Positions 10,387 to 20,487 of a stretch of DNA of 64,000 nt are shown here, in pieces. A model generated the notes under the pieces. The model was not told the origin of the DNA. It did not search any database and saw nothing but the letters and a program-made list of their open reading frames with translations. Position numbers and translations under genes: made by a program. This stretch comes from Candidatus Latescibacterota bacterium (GTDB taxonomy: Bacteria > Latescibacterota > UBA2968 > GCA-2709665). Every line of letters starts with the position of its first letter. Position 1 is the first letter of the stretch. The DNA lies in assembly GCA_965203805.1 (NCBI GenBank), contig OZ241917.1, positions 2,048,001-2,112,000 of the forward strand. Reading direction: 5' to 3'.

Positions 10387-11349
10387 GTGAGCGACAAGGG
10401 CCTACAAGCGAGTTCATTCGAAAATCGCCAGCTTGCGCTTTTCGGTCGTTCCGTACAACCGTGGCTAGGCGTCGTGAACGCAACGGAAGAACCCCACGTT
10501 CGAGTTGACACGCTGAACAGAGCGCCATTCGAGGCTATTACTCGCCCAATGGTGATTTGCGGCGATGCCACCCAAGCTCTGAAGCTTCTTCCTGAAAAGT
10601 CCATTCAAACGGTCGTCACGTCACCGCCCTATTGGTCACTGCGCGATTACGGTGTTGAGGAACAGATTGGGCGCGACGAAAGCCTACGAGGCTATGTCAA
10701 GAGCATCGTTTGCACCTTCGAGCAGATAAGGCGCGCCTTGCGCGACGATGGCACTGTTTGGCTGAACGTTGGTGATTCCTATACATCCGGCAACCGAAGA
10801 TATCGGGCGCCAGACCGGAAAAACCGTGCACGCGCCATGGCAGTGCGACCGCCGACGCCAGAAGGACTTAAGCCAAAGGACTTGATAGGTGTACCCTGGA
10901 GATTGGCGTTCGCTCTACAAGAAGCGGGTTGGTGGATTCGGAGTGAAATCATTTGGCACAAACCGAATGCCCATCCTGAGTCCGTTCGAGACCGGCCAAC
11001 CAAAGCTCACGAGACTGTTTTCCTCTTGTCAAAAGACAAGCAATATTACTACGACCACGAAATCGTCAAGGGGCCGCGTGACCGTCGACTGCGAACGGTT
11101 TGGGAGATTCCCACTGAACCGGTGAAGCGCGTAAACGGGAAAGCAGATGACCATCCCGCGATGATGCCTCTCTCGCTCGCTCGCTGCTGTGTAGCCATTA
11201 CCAGCCGCGATGACAGTATCGTACTCGACCCCTACGCGGGTTCGGGAACAACGCTTCTAGCGGCACGTGAACTCGGACGAAGGTGGGTTGGGATTGAAAT
11301 CAAACCCGCTTTCGTGGATCTGATTGAACGGCGGTTGTGCGTGTCATGA
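10387..11349 (+). CDS. Beta-class N4-cytosine DNA methyltransferase (M.SmaI/M.Cfr9I-like)
   Basis: TSPPY catalytic motif precedes the DPYAGSGT SAM motif (beta order). KPKDLIGVPWRLAFALQ and PESVRDRPT blocks. Start codon uncertain. Confidence 0.9.
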   Translation: MSDKGLQASSFENRQLALFGRSVQPWLGVVNATEEPHVRVDTLNRAPFEAITRPMVICGDATQALKLLPEKSIQTVVTSPPYWSLRDYGVEEQIGRDESLRGYVKSIVCTFEQIRRALRDDGTVWLNVGDSYTSGNRRYRAPDRKNRARAMAVRPPTPEGLKPKDLIGVPWRLAFALQEAGWWIRSEIIWHKPNAHPESVRDRPTKAHETVFLLSKDKQYYYDHEIVKGPRDRRLRTVWEIPTEPVKRVNGKADDHPAMMPLSLARCCVAITSRDDSIVLDPYAGSGTTLLAARELGRRWVGIEIKPAFVDLIERRLCVS

Positions 11350-12101
11350 CGCTTGATGAACTCAAGGCGACTCTCGATGCATTCTCACCGGTCAAGATCG
11401 AATTCGTTGCAAGGGTTATGGAATCTTTGGCGAATCCTCCGCTTGCCAACATTCGATCTAAAGGAACATGGCTGACGGGCGAACCGGACTGGATTGAATA
11501 CTTCGGGCTTGCTTTATCGGTTCACCATGGCGCAACGACTGAGCCGTTGGGACTATCGTCGTTTGAGACAGTGTTCAGAAACGCCTGTGAACACCTCCGC
11601 TGGTCAATTGATCCTCCGGGCTCCCGAACTCAGCGATTCGTCGATATGGTCGTACGTCCTGAGTCAGGCAACCGTCGGCGATTGTCTCTAAAATCCACTG
11701 CCGCCAAGAGCTTATCCAATACAGCATTGCATATTTCCAAACTGACGGAGGCCGCGTGGATTCAGGACGCACGCACCGCCAGAGATCGACGAGACCGTAC
11801 ACTTGAATTGTTCAGGCAGTATCAAAGGGCCGTTACTCAGATCGTCATGCTCCGAGCGTTTCGGGAAGACACTGGAAAGATCCCGCACAGATATCAGCTT
11901 GTTGAGGTCCCGATCAGCATCTTCGACTCCATTCAGCAGGTGCCTCTAAAGGTCTTCGAACGGGATGCGCCAGTGATCGAATGTACCGTTGGAGATCGCG
12001 TAGCGGCAGTGGTGGCGATCGACCGATCCGATGCGAAGATAACGGTCAGGCGAGTTCAGCTTTCAGCCTGCACTGTTCATGCGGAATGGGATAAGGCGTA
12101 G
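11346..12101 (+). CDS. Type II restriction endonuclease, SmaI-like
   Basis: ATGA-coupled to the MTase. Blocks FG.AL.VHH, LSLKSTAAK.L....LHISK..E, YQLVEVP and C.VHAEW resemble R.SmaI as recalled from memory. Confidence 0.72.
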   Translation: MTLDELKATLDAFSPVKIEFVARVMESLANPPLANIRSKGTWLTGEPDWIEYFGLALSVHHGATTEPLGLSSFETVFRNACEHLRWSIDPPGSRTQRFVDMVVRPESGNRRRLSLKSTAAKSLSNTALHISKLTEAAWIQDARTARDRRDRTLELFRQYQRAVTQIVMLRAFREDTGKIPHRYQLVEVPISIFDSIQQVPLKVFERDAPVIECTVGDRVAAVVAIDRSDAKITVRRVQLSACTVHAEWDKA

Positions 12102-12120
12102 ACGCGGATGCAGGATCAGC

Positions 12121-12207
12121 ACTGAACGAGCGACAACAATCCGGATTATCAGCAGCAGGGCGGCAACCCGAAGGGAGCGACGCATTTATGAAGGACGAGA
12201 GCGATAA
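12121..12207 (+). pseudogene. 3' fragment of BrnT-family toxin
   Basis: Translates TERATTIRIISSRAATRRERRIYEGRER*, matching the BrnT C-terminal pattern TER..IRIISAR.A..RER..YE. No start codon or 5' half. Confidence 0.7.
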
Positions 12208-12382
12208 GAAAATGCGATCGGAATATGATTTCTCCGATGGGGTGCGGGGCAGGCATTTTAAGGCTTACCGGGCCGGACACGATGAAGAGGCTGCGGACAG
12301 AACACTGGAACACAGCCGGATGAAGATCCATATCCCTACGAAGAAAACGACTCCACATCCATCGTTGACAGCATCAGGTTGA
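12188..12382 (+). pseudogene. BrnA-type antitoxin, probably truncated
   Basis: MRSEYDFSDGVRGRH motif. Overlaps the toxin fragment, and its 3' end runs into the convergent M20 gene. Confidence 0.6.
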
Positions 12383-13523
12383 GGTAGACGTCTGCGCCGG
12401 CATTCAACTGGCTGAGATCGATCCACTCGTCTGCCGTGTGTCCCTGCGCAATGTCACCGGGCCCGAGTACAACCGCCGGGATGCCGGCACGGCTGAAGCT
12501 GCTGGCATCCGTACCATAGCCGACGCCGGTCAGGCCGTCCGGAAGTCCCATCGATCCAAGCACGGAGGCCACGAATGCGCCGAACGCTTCCCCACCGGCC
12601 GGGTCCAGCGGGCTATCCACCATATCGGGCGTCTCCTGAACGACCTTCAGCTGCGGGTTGCTCGCGCGGATTGCCTCCAGAATGCGTTCGACCGACGGGA
12701 TCACCGTGTCCGGATCCTCACCCGGAACCACGCGGCGGTCCACGTGAATCTCGCAATGTTCTGGAATGATGTTGACCTGCGTACCGCCTCTGATCATATT
12801 AATGCTGCACTGCGCCCGGCCCGTTAGAGGATGTTCTGAGGTCAACCGGGGGATATATCGCTCTTCGAGCGCTGCGATCACCTCCGTCATCATGCGGATG
12901 GCGGATCGGCCACGGCCGGGGTCCGAAGAGTGTACGGCTACGCCCTCGGTCCGAATCCGCCAGCGCACCACGCCGTTGTGCGCAACCACGGCCCGAAGCC
13001 GTGTGGGTTCTCCGACAATCACACCCGCCGGCCGCCAGCCCAGACCCGGCAGTTGTGACGCCGCAAACGTGCGGACACCCGTCTTCCCGATCTCCTCGTC
13101 CAGGGTAAACAGGATTGCCACGTTGTTCGGGCCGCCTCGCTTGCGGTATCGCGACAGCGCCCAGAGCATCGCCGCGCCGGTTCCTTTCGTATCGCACGCG
13201 CCCCGGCCGTACATCCTCCCGCCCAGGATCCGCCCTGCGAACGGATCCACCGTCATCTTGTCCACGCTTACCGTATCCAGGTGGCTCTCAAACAGAAGCC
13301 ACGGCGCCTGCCCGTCCACCTGGTGAGTGACCAGCAGATTGAACCCTTCGCCGGTCACCGGCAGCCTGCGCGTGTCCAGTCCCATCGACTTCGCCCGGTC
13401 CTCCAGATACACCGACAGCGCCAGTTCAGCATCCGGCTTCCCGGAAATCGCCGAATTGACGGTATCGAACCCAACCATCGCCCGAAGCAGGGATTCACAC
13501 GTATCGTGGGTCACCGCTACCAT
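12336..13523 (-). CDS. M20 family (ArgE/DapE-like) deacylase/peptidase
   Basis: SHLDTV, GRGACDTKG, DEE, GEPT, HSS.P, YGTDA and GPG....HT.DE motifs. Confidence 0.92.
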   Translation of the reverse strand: MVAVTHDTCESLLRAMVGFDTVNSAISGKPDAELALSVYLEDRAKSMGLDTRRLPVTGEGFNLLVTHQVDGQAPWLLFESHLDTVSVDKMTVDPFAGRILGGRMYGRGACDTKGTGAAMLWALSRYRKRGGPNNVAILFTLDEEIGKTGVRTFAASQLPGLGWRPAGVIVGEPTRLRAVVAHNGVVRWRIRTEGVAVHSSDPGRGRSAIRMMTEVIAALEERYIPRLTSEHPLTGRAQCSINMIRGGTQVNIIPEHCEIHVDRRVVPGEDPDTVIPSVERILEAIRASNPQLKVVQETPDMVDSPLDPAGGEAFGAFVASVLGSMGLPDGLTGVGYGTDASSFSRAGIPAVVLGPGDIAQGHTADEWIDLSQLNAGADVYLNLMLSTMDVESFSS

Positions 13524-13533
13524 GTCTCCTTGT

Positions 13534-14568
13534 CTAACGCCAGCGTTCCTCGAATACCGATATCGCTGTCCGTGCCGCCAGCATGGACGTCTCCACGCGT
13601 TCCTGGTAGCCGCCCTTCATCGCCATACCCGTCTCAATCGTGAATGAGGGTCCGTACCTGTCCGCACCGTAATCGGCCAGGTTCAACCCTTCGCCGCGTT
13701 CCGCGGCGATCAGCCAGAGCACGCCGGGTTCGCCGGTCTCGAAGAACGGACCCGGTGCGTACCCCTGAGGCGCAAGCTGCGCACCCGAATCGGCAACGGC
13801 CCGAATCATCGAATCGGCCATTCGCTTTTCCCACAACTCGTCGTCTCTGTTTCGCTGGTGCCGCGCCGAGAACCAGAAGCCGTCGCCGCCATACTCGTGT
13901 AGATCCAGCGTCAGACCTGGATCTATCCTTGCCATCAGGTCTCGCGCGCAGCGGGATTCCACCGGCGCCCACGGCGAATCGTGAAACCGGTTGATGTGTA
14001 ACACCTCGCCGTCCGGGCTCACGATCAGCGTATAGGCCCTCTGGCAGGGCGCCGTGCCTTCGCCCTCATCGCTGGATGGATAGAATATCCGTCGTCCGAA
14101 CAGAGGCTCCAGGAATTCGGCGCCAACCTCGAATCGGCCGAGAAGACCCGTCGTCGAATACCCGTACTCACCTATGATAGCAAGGACCGTCTCGTCCTTT
14201 TCATAAAGCACCTCGCCCCTCGCCTTCAGAAGTGCCCGAACATCCTCGACCGACCCTGCGTCAGGCTCCTCGCCCAGACTCAGGCTCAACGCGTACCCGT
14301 AACCATTCATCCCCATGGGATCGCGACTGGGAATCACGTAGACCTCGTGTTCGGTGTCCAATTCCTCCACAAGCCCGAGGGCTGACCCTACGCCCGCCTG
14401 TTCGGTCGAATGACTGCCGGCACTGATGAATATCGCCGGCGGTTTTTCACCTCCTGTCTTGAGACACACCACCGGCGCCCCGTCAGGCGCGCACCCGAGC
14501 ACTTCCCGCTGAAAGCCCTTTCTCTCGACCCATTCAAGGAGATCCGCGTATCGATCGAAAATCCGCAT
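13534..14568 (-). CDS. M14-like zinc carboxypeptidase/desuccinylase
   Basis: GSHSTE (HxxE), INR, LDLHE and TIET motifs. RBS GGGAGG before ATG 14568. Confidence 0.7.
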   Translation of the reverse strand: MRIFDRYADLLEWVERKGFQREVLGCAPDGAPVVCLKTGGEKPPAIFISAGSHSTEQAGVGSALGLVEELDTEHEVYVIPSRDPMGMNGYGYALSLSLGEEPDAGSVEDVRALLKARGEVLYEKDETVLAIIGEYGYSTTGLLGRFEVGAEFLEPLFGRRIFYPSSDEGEGTAPCQRAYTLIVSPDGEVLHINRFHDSPWAPVESRCARDLMARIDPGLTLDLHEYGGDGFWFSARHQRNRDDELWEKRMADSMIRAVADSGAQLAPQGYAPGPFFETGEPGVLWLIAAERGEGLNLADYGADRYGPSFTIETGMAMKGGYQERVETSMLAARTAISVFEERWR

Positions 14569-14647
14569 GAAATTCCTCCCGCAATTTGTATAGAAAAAAC
14601 CGATCTCCCGCAAACAACCGACGGTTTTGCACAGGCACTCTCACGGC

Positions 14648-17635
14648 TCAGTTTTTCGCCTCGAACCAACCGGAGTTCAATATCGTTACCGTCTCGGTTG
14701 GAATCGCTGGATAGTCTCTGACGGTAACGGCGTTTTCCGTGGCCGATTCAATCTCGAAACCCGTACGAGGCGCCTCGCCGGCCAACAGATACGACCCCGC
14801 GACGCGCGCGGGATCGGGCAACGGTTCCGAAAGATGGTACGTCCGGTCTTCTACAGACCGGACGCGCAACCTCGTATTGGCTTCGGGCAGCGAAACATTC
14901 AGATCGCCGCACGTCAATTCCGTACCGTTCAACAAATAGCCCTGGACGGCGCCACCGTGCTCATTCACCGACACAAATCCAAATCGACCCGCCAGACGAA
15001 CGGGACCATATTGACGTTGCTCCTGGTCCGTCGAGGAAATGATATAGTCGGTGCGGCCGGCCAACTGAACTTCAATCGCCACAACACCGGTTTCCGGATT
15101 GTCTTCGATCAATCGCGCACCGGCAACCGGCGAATTTCCCGATATATACGGCACAATCAGTGCGGTATACTGGCTTGAGAGCGCGGTACGGTCGTCGCCG
15201 GCGCGGTCTTCCGCAAGTAGTTGCCCGATGGATGGCTGTTTCAACTCTTCGGTATCGAATACCCGCCAACCCGGAGCGTCGGCGACGACCAACCTCTGCG
15301 GCGTATTCAGCAGCATGAGATCCAGATTCACGCCCCGATATTTCCACGTAAATGACGTTGATTTATCCGGCAGAGTCGCCCTCGGATTCTCAAGCCATTC
15401 AGCCCAGACATCCGGAAGTTCCATTGCATCGTACTCGGCGAAATCGGGCGACCCCCCAATGAGAGATCCGTTGCAGTGAAATCCGTATTGATGGGTTCTT
15501 CCACCTCTGACGCGGAAAATGTCGACGACGTAACGCTGATTCTCAGGCGCGTCCACCAGAACGCAAACTCGCTGGTAGACGTCGCACTGCGGGTACACGT
15601 TGACACCCGAAGCCTGCACGACCTCAATTCCCGGAGCCAACCCGAAAAGCTCCAGGTTGGAGCCACACTCGCTTCGCTCCTGCTCCTGTTCGTCGACGAC
15701 CACCAGATTGTGCGAAAGGGTACTCCGCATCCACCTCTGCCCGCTCCGACCGTCCGGCAGGCGCTGGTCGCTGCCGGAAAAATACCCCCGGTCCGACGCC
15801 AATTCCTCGCCGAAGGCATACAGACTAAAGCTCAGCACATCCTGGTGCCGATGCCCGGTTTCCACCGTCCACTGGTGCTCGTTGCCGTTCAGATAGAGCG
15901 CCGTATCGTTTGTCTTTCCATCGCCTCGCAAAACAGCCACATGCCATCCTGGAAACCACTCGGAGCGAAGCGGCAGCTCCGCCGCGACGGACGTCAGACC
16001 GGAGGGCCGATACCACAACGCATACTCGCTCCCCTTCCGTGACAATTCCTCACCCTGTACAAGCTCCAGCATTCGACCATATTGCCCGCCGAGGCGTGCC
16101 GCCAGGATTTCGAAGGACAGATGGTCCGCGTACGTATCATAACGCGTATCTCCAATTACCGGCATGCGGTTTCCCGGTGTAAGCAGGCGAACATGTGACT
16201 CGATGGACTCACGAAAGCGGCCCCTCGAAAACATGTCCAACGTCTGGATCCGTTCGCCTTCCTCGGGCACGTATCCCGGCGGGTCGCTGTAACCATGCAG
16301 CAGATCGGCCAGTTCGCGCACGTTCGAAAGGTTGTGGGCCGAATAGGACGGCGTTTCCGCGTAGAACCCATCGTGGTGGTAGCGTGCGTCCAGCATGCGG
16401 TGGAAACCGTCCAGCGCGCGCCGGACCCGGTCCGGCTGCCTGAATAGCATCCCCGCTCCTGCGCTCAACACGAAGACGGCGGTGCCTTTATTCGAAAGAG
16501 AATTCCAATGTTCCATGTCCGTGCAACCGGCCAGCAACAGGTCATCGACGATCCGGCGATCGGTAGCCTCATCCAGCACGCGGCGACCGTCGGGAAATGA
16601 TGCATCTCGAACCAGATCATACGCGACCATCAACGAAAACAGCGGGCCTGCATCGCTTCCCTTCCCGTGTACGTTCATTCGCCCCGCCCCCCAGAATCCG
16701 TTGTTCAGCGTGGACCAGGTCTCAAACTGGTGCAGGCCGTAGGCGTGTCGTATCGCGCCCGGCGGAAAGCGGCCGCCATGGGGGCCACCCGCCGATTCCT
16801 CCCTGCCCATATTGGCGGCCACCTCCGCGGGCGGCAGGTCCGCGATGCTGCCGTCGTACGAATGGTAGAGATAATTCGGATAAACACGGGCGAACCGATC
16901 CAGTATCCAGACGACCCTCTCGGCGTATTTCACCTCGACTGTAACGGCGTACAGCTTTGCCAACGTCAACGCCTGGCCCGTGGCCCAACCCACCCTGCGA
17001 TCTCGAATATGACCCGTGAAACTGGTCATCGTTGGACGTTCCCCGAGCCACTTGAGCGCGTGTTTCGCCCGGTTTTCTGGATCAGCCACTTCCTCGGGGG
17101 TCTGGTAGTAGGTAAACTGCTGTCCCATCCTGGGGCATTCGAGCACGCCGGTTTCCGGATACCGTGCGTTCGGATACACCGTCCCACAGGCGCTGCAGGC
17201 TATCTCGTCGGGACGCGCAATATTCCATCTGAACCGCCCGCCGCCCATCAGCGACTGTGTCCCCACGCAGTGGGGGCAATTCTGACCATAGTGGGTCCCG
17301 GGCGTCAACTCCGGTATCAGCGCATCGAAGAACGCCCGGTCCTTCTGCATCGCCAGCGCAACGCTCCTTTTCCATCCCGCCACGATTTCATTCGCCCAAC
17401 CGTAGCGCGTCACGTTTCGGCGGGCATTTTCGATATCCCCGGGTTTGTACATCGTCCGCGGTTGAGCGTGCGCCGTCTTACACGCCAACAGCAGTGCGCT
17501 CGCAGCCAACAGGAGCGCCGGCGCGGGGACACTCCTCAACATCCACACGGCGAGCACCGAAAGGGCAACTCCGGGGATGGCCAGAGCGACGATACCGACC
17601 ACCCGGCCGATGGCTTTCGCGGTTGTCCTTCTCAT
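14648..17635 (-). CDS. Heparinase II/III-like protein, secreted
   Basis: Hydrophobic N-terminus; GHRHQD, DRGY and SHNLVVVD motifs; CPHC...CSAC insert. Confidence 0.82.
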   Translation of the reverse strand: MRRTTAKAIGRVVGIVALAIPGVALSVLAVWMLRSVPAPALLLAASALLLACKTAHAQPRTMYKPGDIENARRNVTRYGWANEIVAGWKRSVALAMQKDRAFFDALIPELTPGTHYGQNCPHCVGTQSLMGGGRFRWNIARPDEIACSACGTVYPNARYPETGVLECPRMGQQFTYYQTPEEVADPENRAKHALKWLGERPTMTSFTGHIRDRRVGWATGQALTLAKLYAVTVEVKYAERVVWILDRFARVYPNYLYHSYDGSIADLPPAEVAANMGREESAGGPHGGRFPPGAIRHAYGLHQFETWSTLNNGFWGAGRMNVHGKGSDAGPLFSLMVAYDLVRDASFPDGRRVLDEATDRRIVDDLLLAGCTDMEHWNSLSNKGTAVFVLSAGAGMLFRQPDRVRRALDGFHRMLDARYHHDGFYAETPSYSAHNLSNVRELADLLHGYSDPPGYVPEEGERIQTLDMFSRGRFRESIESHVRLLTPGNRMPVIGDTRYDTYADHLSFEILAARLGGQYGRMLELVQGEELSRKGSEYALWYRPSGLTSVAAELPLRSEWFPGWHVAVLRGDGKTNDTALYLNGNEHQWTVETGHRHQDVLSFSLYAFGEELASDRGYFSGSDQRLPDGRSGQRWMRSTLSHNLVVVDEQEQERSECGSNLELFGLAPGIEVVQASGVNVYPQCDVYQRVCVLVDAPENQRYVVDIFRVRGGRTHQYGFHCNGSLIGGSPDFAEYDAMELPDVWAEWLENPRATLPDKSTSFTWKYRGVNLDLMLLNTPQRLVVADAPGWRVFDTEELKQPSIGQLLAEDRAGDDRTALSSQYTALIVPYISGNSPVAGARLIEDNPETGVVAIEVQLAGRTDYIISSTDQEQRQYGPVRLAGRFGFVSVNEHGGAVQGYLLNGTELTCGDLNVSLPEANTRLRVRSVEDRTYHLSEPLPDPARVAGSYLLAGEAPRTGFEIESATENAVTVRDYPAIPTETVTILNSGWFEAKN

Positions 17636-17652
17636 GTCAGCCCCTCCTTGGC

Positions 17653-18474
17653 TTACGAAGCATACAGGGAATCCGCTGTTTTGCCCAAAATCCAGGCCTT
17701 GTCTTCGTCAGAAAGAAAATCCATCGCTTCTTCAATCACACGGAAGCCGACGGCCTCGCCACGCTGAGGGTCTTCGGGAAAGCCCGTACATCCCAGCATC
17801 CGATGAGACCCGAACGCCTCGTAAACGGCTCTGACGTAGGGATGAACGTCTTCGTGCGGCCATGGCTTCGTGGAAATCCCGTCAATCCTCGTGGCCTTCA
17901 CGTAGAGATTGGGGTATTTCGCCGCCTCCAGGAGGATCCGGAAACTGCCATCCAGGCCCTCCGCAAGAAAGGGCTCTCCCAGATGGTCCACAATCACATT
18001 CACCTCGGGGAATCGTCGCAACATCGGTTCCATCAATGGAATCTGATGGCAGCGGCCGAACCAGGTGAACGGAACGCCGAGCTTTCGAGCCGTATCCCAG
18101 AGCGCTGTCTGATCATCGCGTGACAACCACGATGCATCCTTATCCTTTACGGGATATAACCGCATCCCCTGTACCCCATGTTCGCGGTGAAGCCGCGCCA
18201 TCACTTCAGCAGCGTCAGGCTTCAAGGGATCGATCAACGCCACCCCGTGCAGACGACCGGGAAATCGGCGCATGCAGTCACACATATAGCTGTTGTCATA
18301 TCCATGATACATGCACTGAATGAGTACGGTCCGGTCGATGCCGTTCAGGTCCATAAACCTGATGAGATCCTCGACAAGACCCGGATACACCGGCCTGTTT
18401 GTCGACATTTCGTCGTTGTGGGTGAACGGCGGCTCCCCCATGGTCCACACGTGCACGTGAGAATCGATTCGCAT
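17653..18474 (-). CDS. Amidohydrolase_2 family protein
   Basis: IDSHVH, G.DN.Y, DHLG and FG..R.L.G.(D/G)FP motifs. Confidence 0.88.
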   Translation of the reverse strand: MRIDSHVHVWTMGEPPFTHNDEMSTNRPVYPGLVEDLIRFMDLNGIDRTVLIQCMYHGYDNSYMCDCMRRFPGRLHGVALIDPLKPDAAEVMARLHREHGVQGMRLYPVKDKDASWLSRDDQTALWDTARKLGVPFTWFGRCHQIPLMEPMLRRFPEVNVIVDHLGEPFLAEGLDGSFRILLEAAKYPNLYVKATRIDGISTKPWPHEDVHPYVRAVYEAFGSHRMLGCTGFPEDPQRGEAVGFRVIEEAMDFLSDEDKAWILGKTADSLYAS

Positions 18475-18512
18475 CGTTTCCTCCTATCTGACAAAAAGTT
18501 CGAGCTTTTCGG

Positions 18513-19421
18513 TCACGGCGCGCTCTTGCGTACAAGCTTACACAATGCATCCAGTGTAATGCCCTCCGGACGCATCCCCATCCGCCGGCAAGCGTCCGGT
18601 ATTGTCTCGAGGATCAGTTCGAGGTTCATCCGTGCCGGATGACCGGGATCGGAATAGTCGCGGTCGTTGTGACTGTCCGTCACAATGACCGGAAACCGGG
18701 GCTCGTCGCGCAGGAACCGGTCCAGCAGGTCCCTGATAACGGCCACATGATCATACCGATGAGGAACATAGAGCCATTCATAGCCCCGTTCGCCCGCGTG
18801 TCCGCACCGAACCGGACGCCCGAACGCCACCGACACCGGCACATTGATGAAATTGCCTTCTCCGGCAATCAAACGACATGCATGATGCGTCCGGTGGGGA
18901 TAGGGCTCCGACCCCGCCCACACACTATGATGGCCCGGAAGGACCCGGCCGGGATTGGACAGGCTGCCCCCGGCGAAGCCCAGGTCGCCGAGGACGCTAA
19001 ACGTGGCGTCGCTGGCCGAAAAGTATCCCGCTCTGAAGTAACTCGGCGGGCCGCCCAGCGCGGATTCCCACGCCTGCATCGCCTCGCCGATTATTCCCGC
19101 CTGTTCTCCGGCCGTATACGCCCCAAGGTCATGTTTGTATTTCCCGCCCTTGAGCTTGTACGGATGTAGATGCAGCCCCAGACACGCGCCGCGCTCCCGC
19201 AGGTCGAGAAGCAGGTCCGCATTCCCGGACGCGACTTCCGGATGCGTGAACAGCGTTACCGGAAAGTCGTACGAGGCCGCCGTTTCGACATAGGCACGGA
19301 TCGACCGTTCGCTTTCCCGATAGTCTGAAGGTCCGCTGCCAGACATCCGGATCGCGTGTTGCATCAGGTCTGACCTGGCGGTCTCGCAGTCCATCGTCAG
19401 CAGGACGTAGACCGTCTTCAA
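18513..19421 (-). CDS. NodB/polysaccharide deacetylase-like protein
   Basis: T.DCE, VTLF, GLHLHP and FRAG motifs. Confidence 0.65.
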   Translation of the reverse strand: MKTVYVLLTMDCETARSDLMQHAIRMSGSGPSDYRESERSIRAYVETAASYDFPVTLFTHPEVASGNADLLLDLRERGACLGLHLHPYKLKGGKYKHDLGAYTAGEQAGIIGEAMQAWESALGGPPSYFRAGYFSASDATFSVLGDLGFAGGSLSNPGRVLPGHHSVWAGSEPYPHRTHHACRLIAGEGNFINVPVSVAFGRPVRCGHAGERGYEWLYVPHRYDHVAVIRDLLDRFLRDEPRFPVIVTDSHNDRDYSDPGHPARMNLELILETIPDACRRMGMRPEGITLDALCKLVRKSAP

Positions 19422-19472
19422 GTCATGCCTCCGCCCGACGTGGCATTCTTGCGCAACAGAACCGGTTCCCCG

Positions 19473-20342
19473 TTATCCGCGCCAATCCGTGTCGATGCTC
19501 GTATAGCCATGGGTATATATCTTCAAGTGGTCCGGCAGATTCTCCAGAAACCATCGACCCGACTGCGGAATCTTCCACGGAACATCGATTCGGTGCCCGC
19601 GGTCTCTGAACCCGATGGCGCACGACAGTCTCGTCTCCCCTGTCCGGTTGGGAAACGCGCCGTGGTACGTCCGGTGCGCAAATACGATCATATCGCCACC
19701 CTGCGTAAACAACGGCACAAGCCCGGGAATGTCAAACCCGGCGTAGGGTCGCTCTTCCCCGCCTTCGGGGTAAAACGACCGCCTGTCCGCCGTCATACTG
19801 AACCCCTCCGGCCCTTCCCAACCGTCCACGTGGGAGTCCTCAATGACACACAATCCGCCATGTACCGGGCGGGATCCGGTCAGGTAGAACCATTTGCCCG
19901 ACGGCCAGAGACCGCGGTTCAAAACATCGCCGGAATTCCTGATCTCCGTAGAAAACCCGCCCCAGTCCGTATGCCAAGCCACAGGTTGAGACCCCGGCAT
20001 CCTGATGATTGCGGCCGACCGATGTACGGTCAACTCGTCGGTACCGATCAGATGGCGATGAATGGCCATGAACGGTTCGTAATCAAGCAGCGACCAGGCT
20101 CCGGACCCGGATTCAATCCACGCGTGGCGTGTTCGGCTCTGACCCGGCGCCAACGTGCCCTCCGGATCGGCGCCGTCATACACGGCCTGCTTCAGCCGCT
20201 CAACCCTGTCAGGGGGCAGCACGTCCTTGATGACCGCAAACCCGTGCGCCTCCAGACATTCGCTCATGGCATTCAGGTTCTCAATCTCAAACTCATACTG
20301 ATATCCGACATCGGGCTTCTGCACATGCGAATAATCATCCAT
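19473..20342 (-). CDS. Phytanoyl-CoA dioxygenase (PhyH) family Fe/2OG enzyme
   Basis: HGFAVIKDVL, WHTD (HxD), GGL.VI..SH and GD...F....YHG..PN....R motifs. Confidence 0.88.
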   Translation of the reverse strand: MDDYSHVQKPDVGYQYEFEIENLNAMSECLEAHGFAVIKDVLPPDRVERLKQAVYDGADPEGTLAPGQSRTRHAWIESGSGAWSLLDYEPFMAIHRHLIGTDELTVHRSAAIIRMPGSQPVAWHTDWGGFSTEIRNSGDVLNRGLWPSGKWFYLTGSRPVHGGLCVIEDSHVDGWEGPEGFSMTADRRSFYPEGGEERPYAGFDIPGLVPLFTQGGDMIVFAHRTYHGAFPNRTGETRLSCAIGFRDRGHRIDVPWKIPQSGRWFLENLPDHLKIYTHGYTSIDTDWRG

Positions 20343-20487
20343 CGCGCTCCCTCTCTGCTTCAACGTCCATTCTTCCGGTCACGTTCAAACGGCCCTTCCT
20401 TCAAGCTCTCGGATGCTTTGGCGCAACTCGTAGGCTCCGGTCGGCAGCGCAGACTTCGCGCGTCCGGCGGCGGGACATGACGTCCAC

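Noticed and set aside
19475-19495. ATCCGCGCCAATCCGTGTC as another short repeat element
   Set aside because: Lies within the coding 3' end of the PhyH gene with only two loose units; likely chance.
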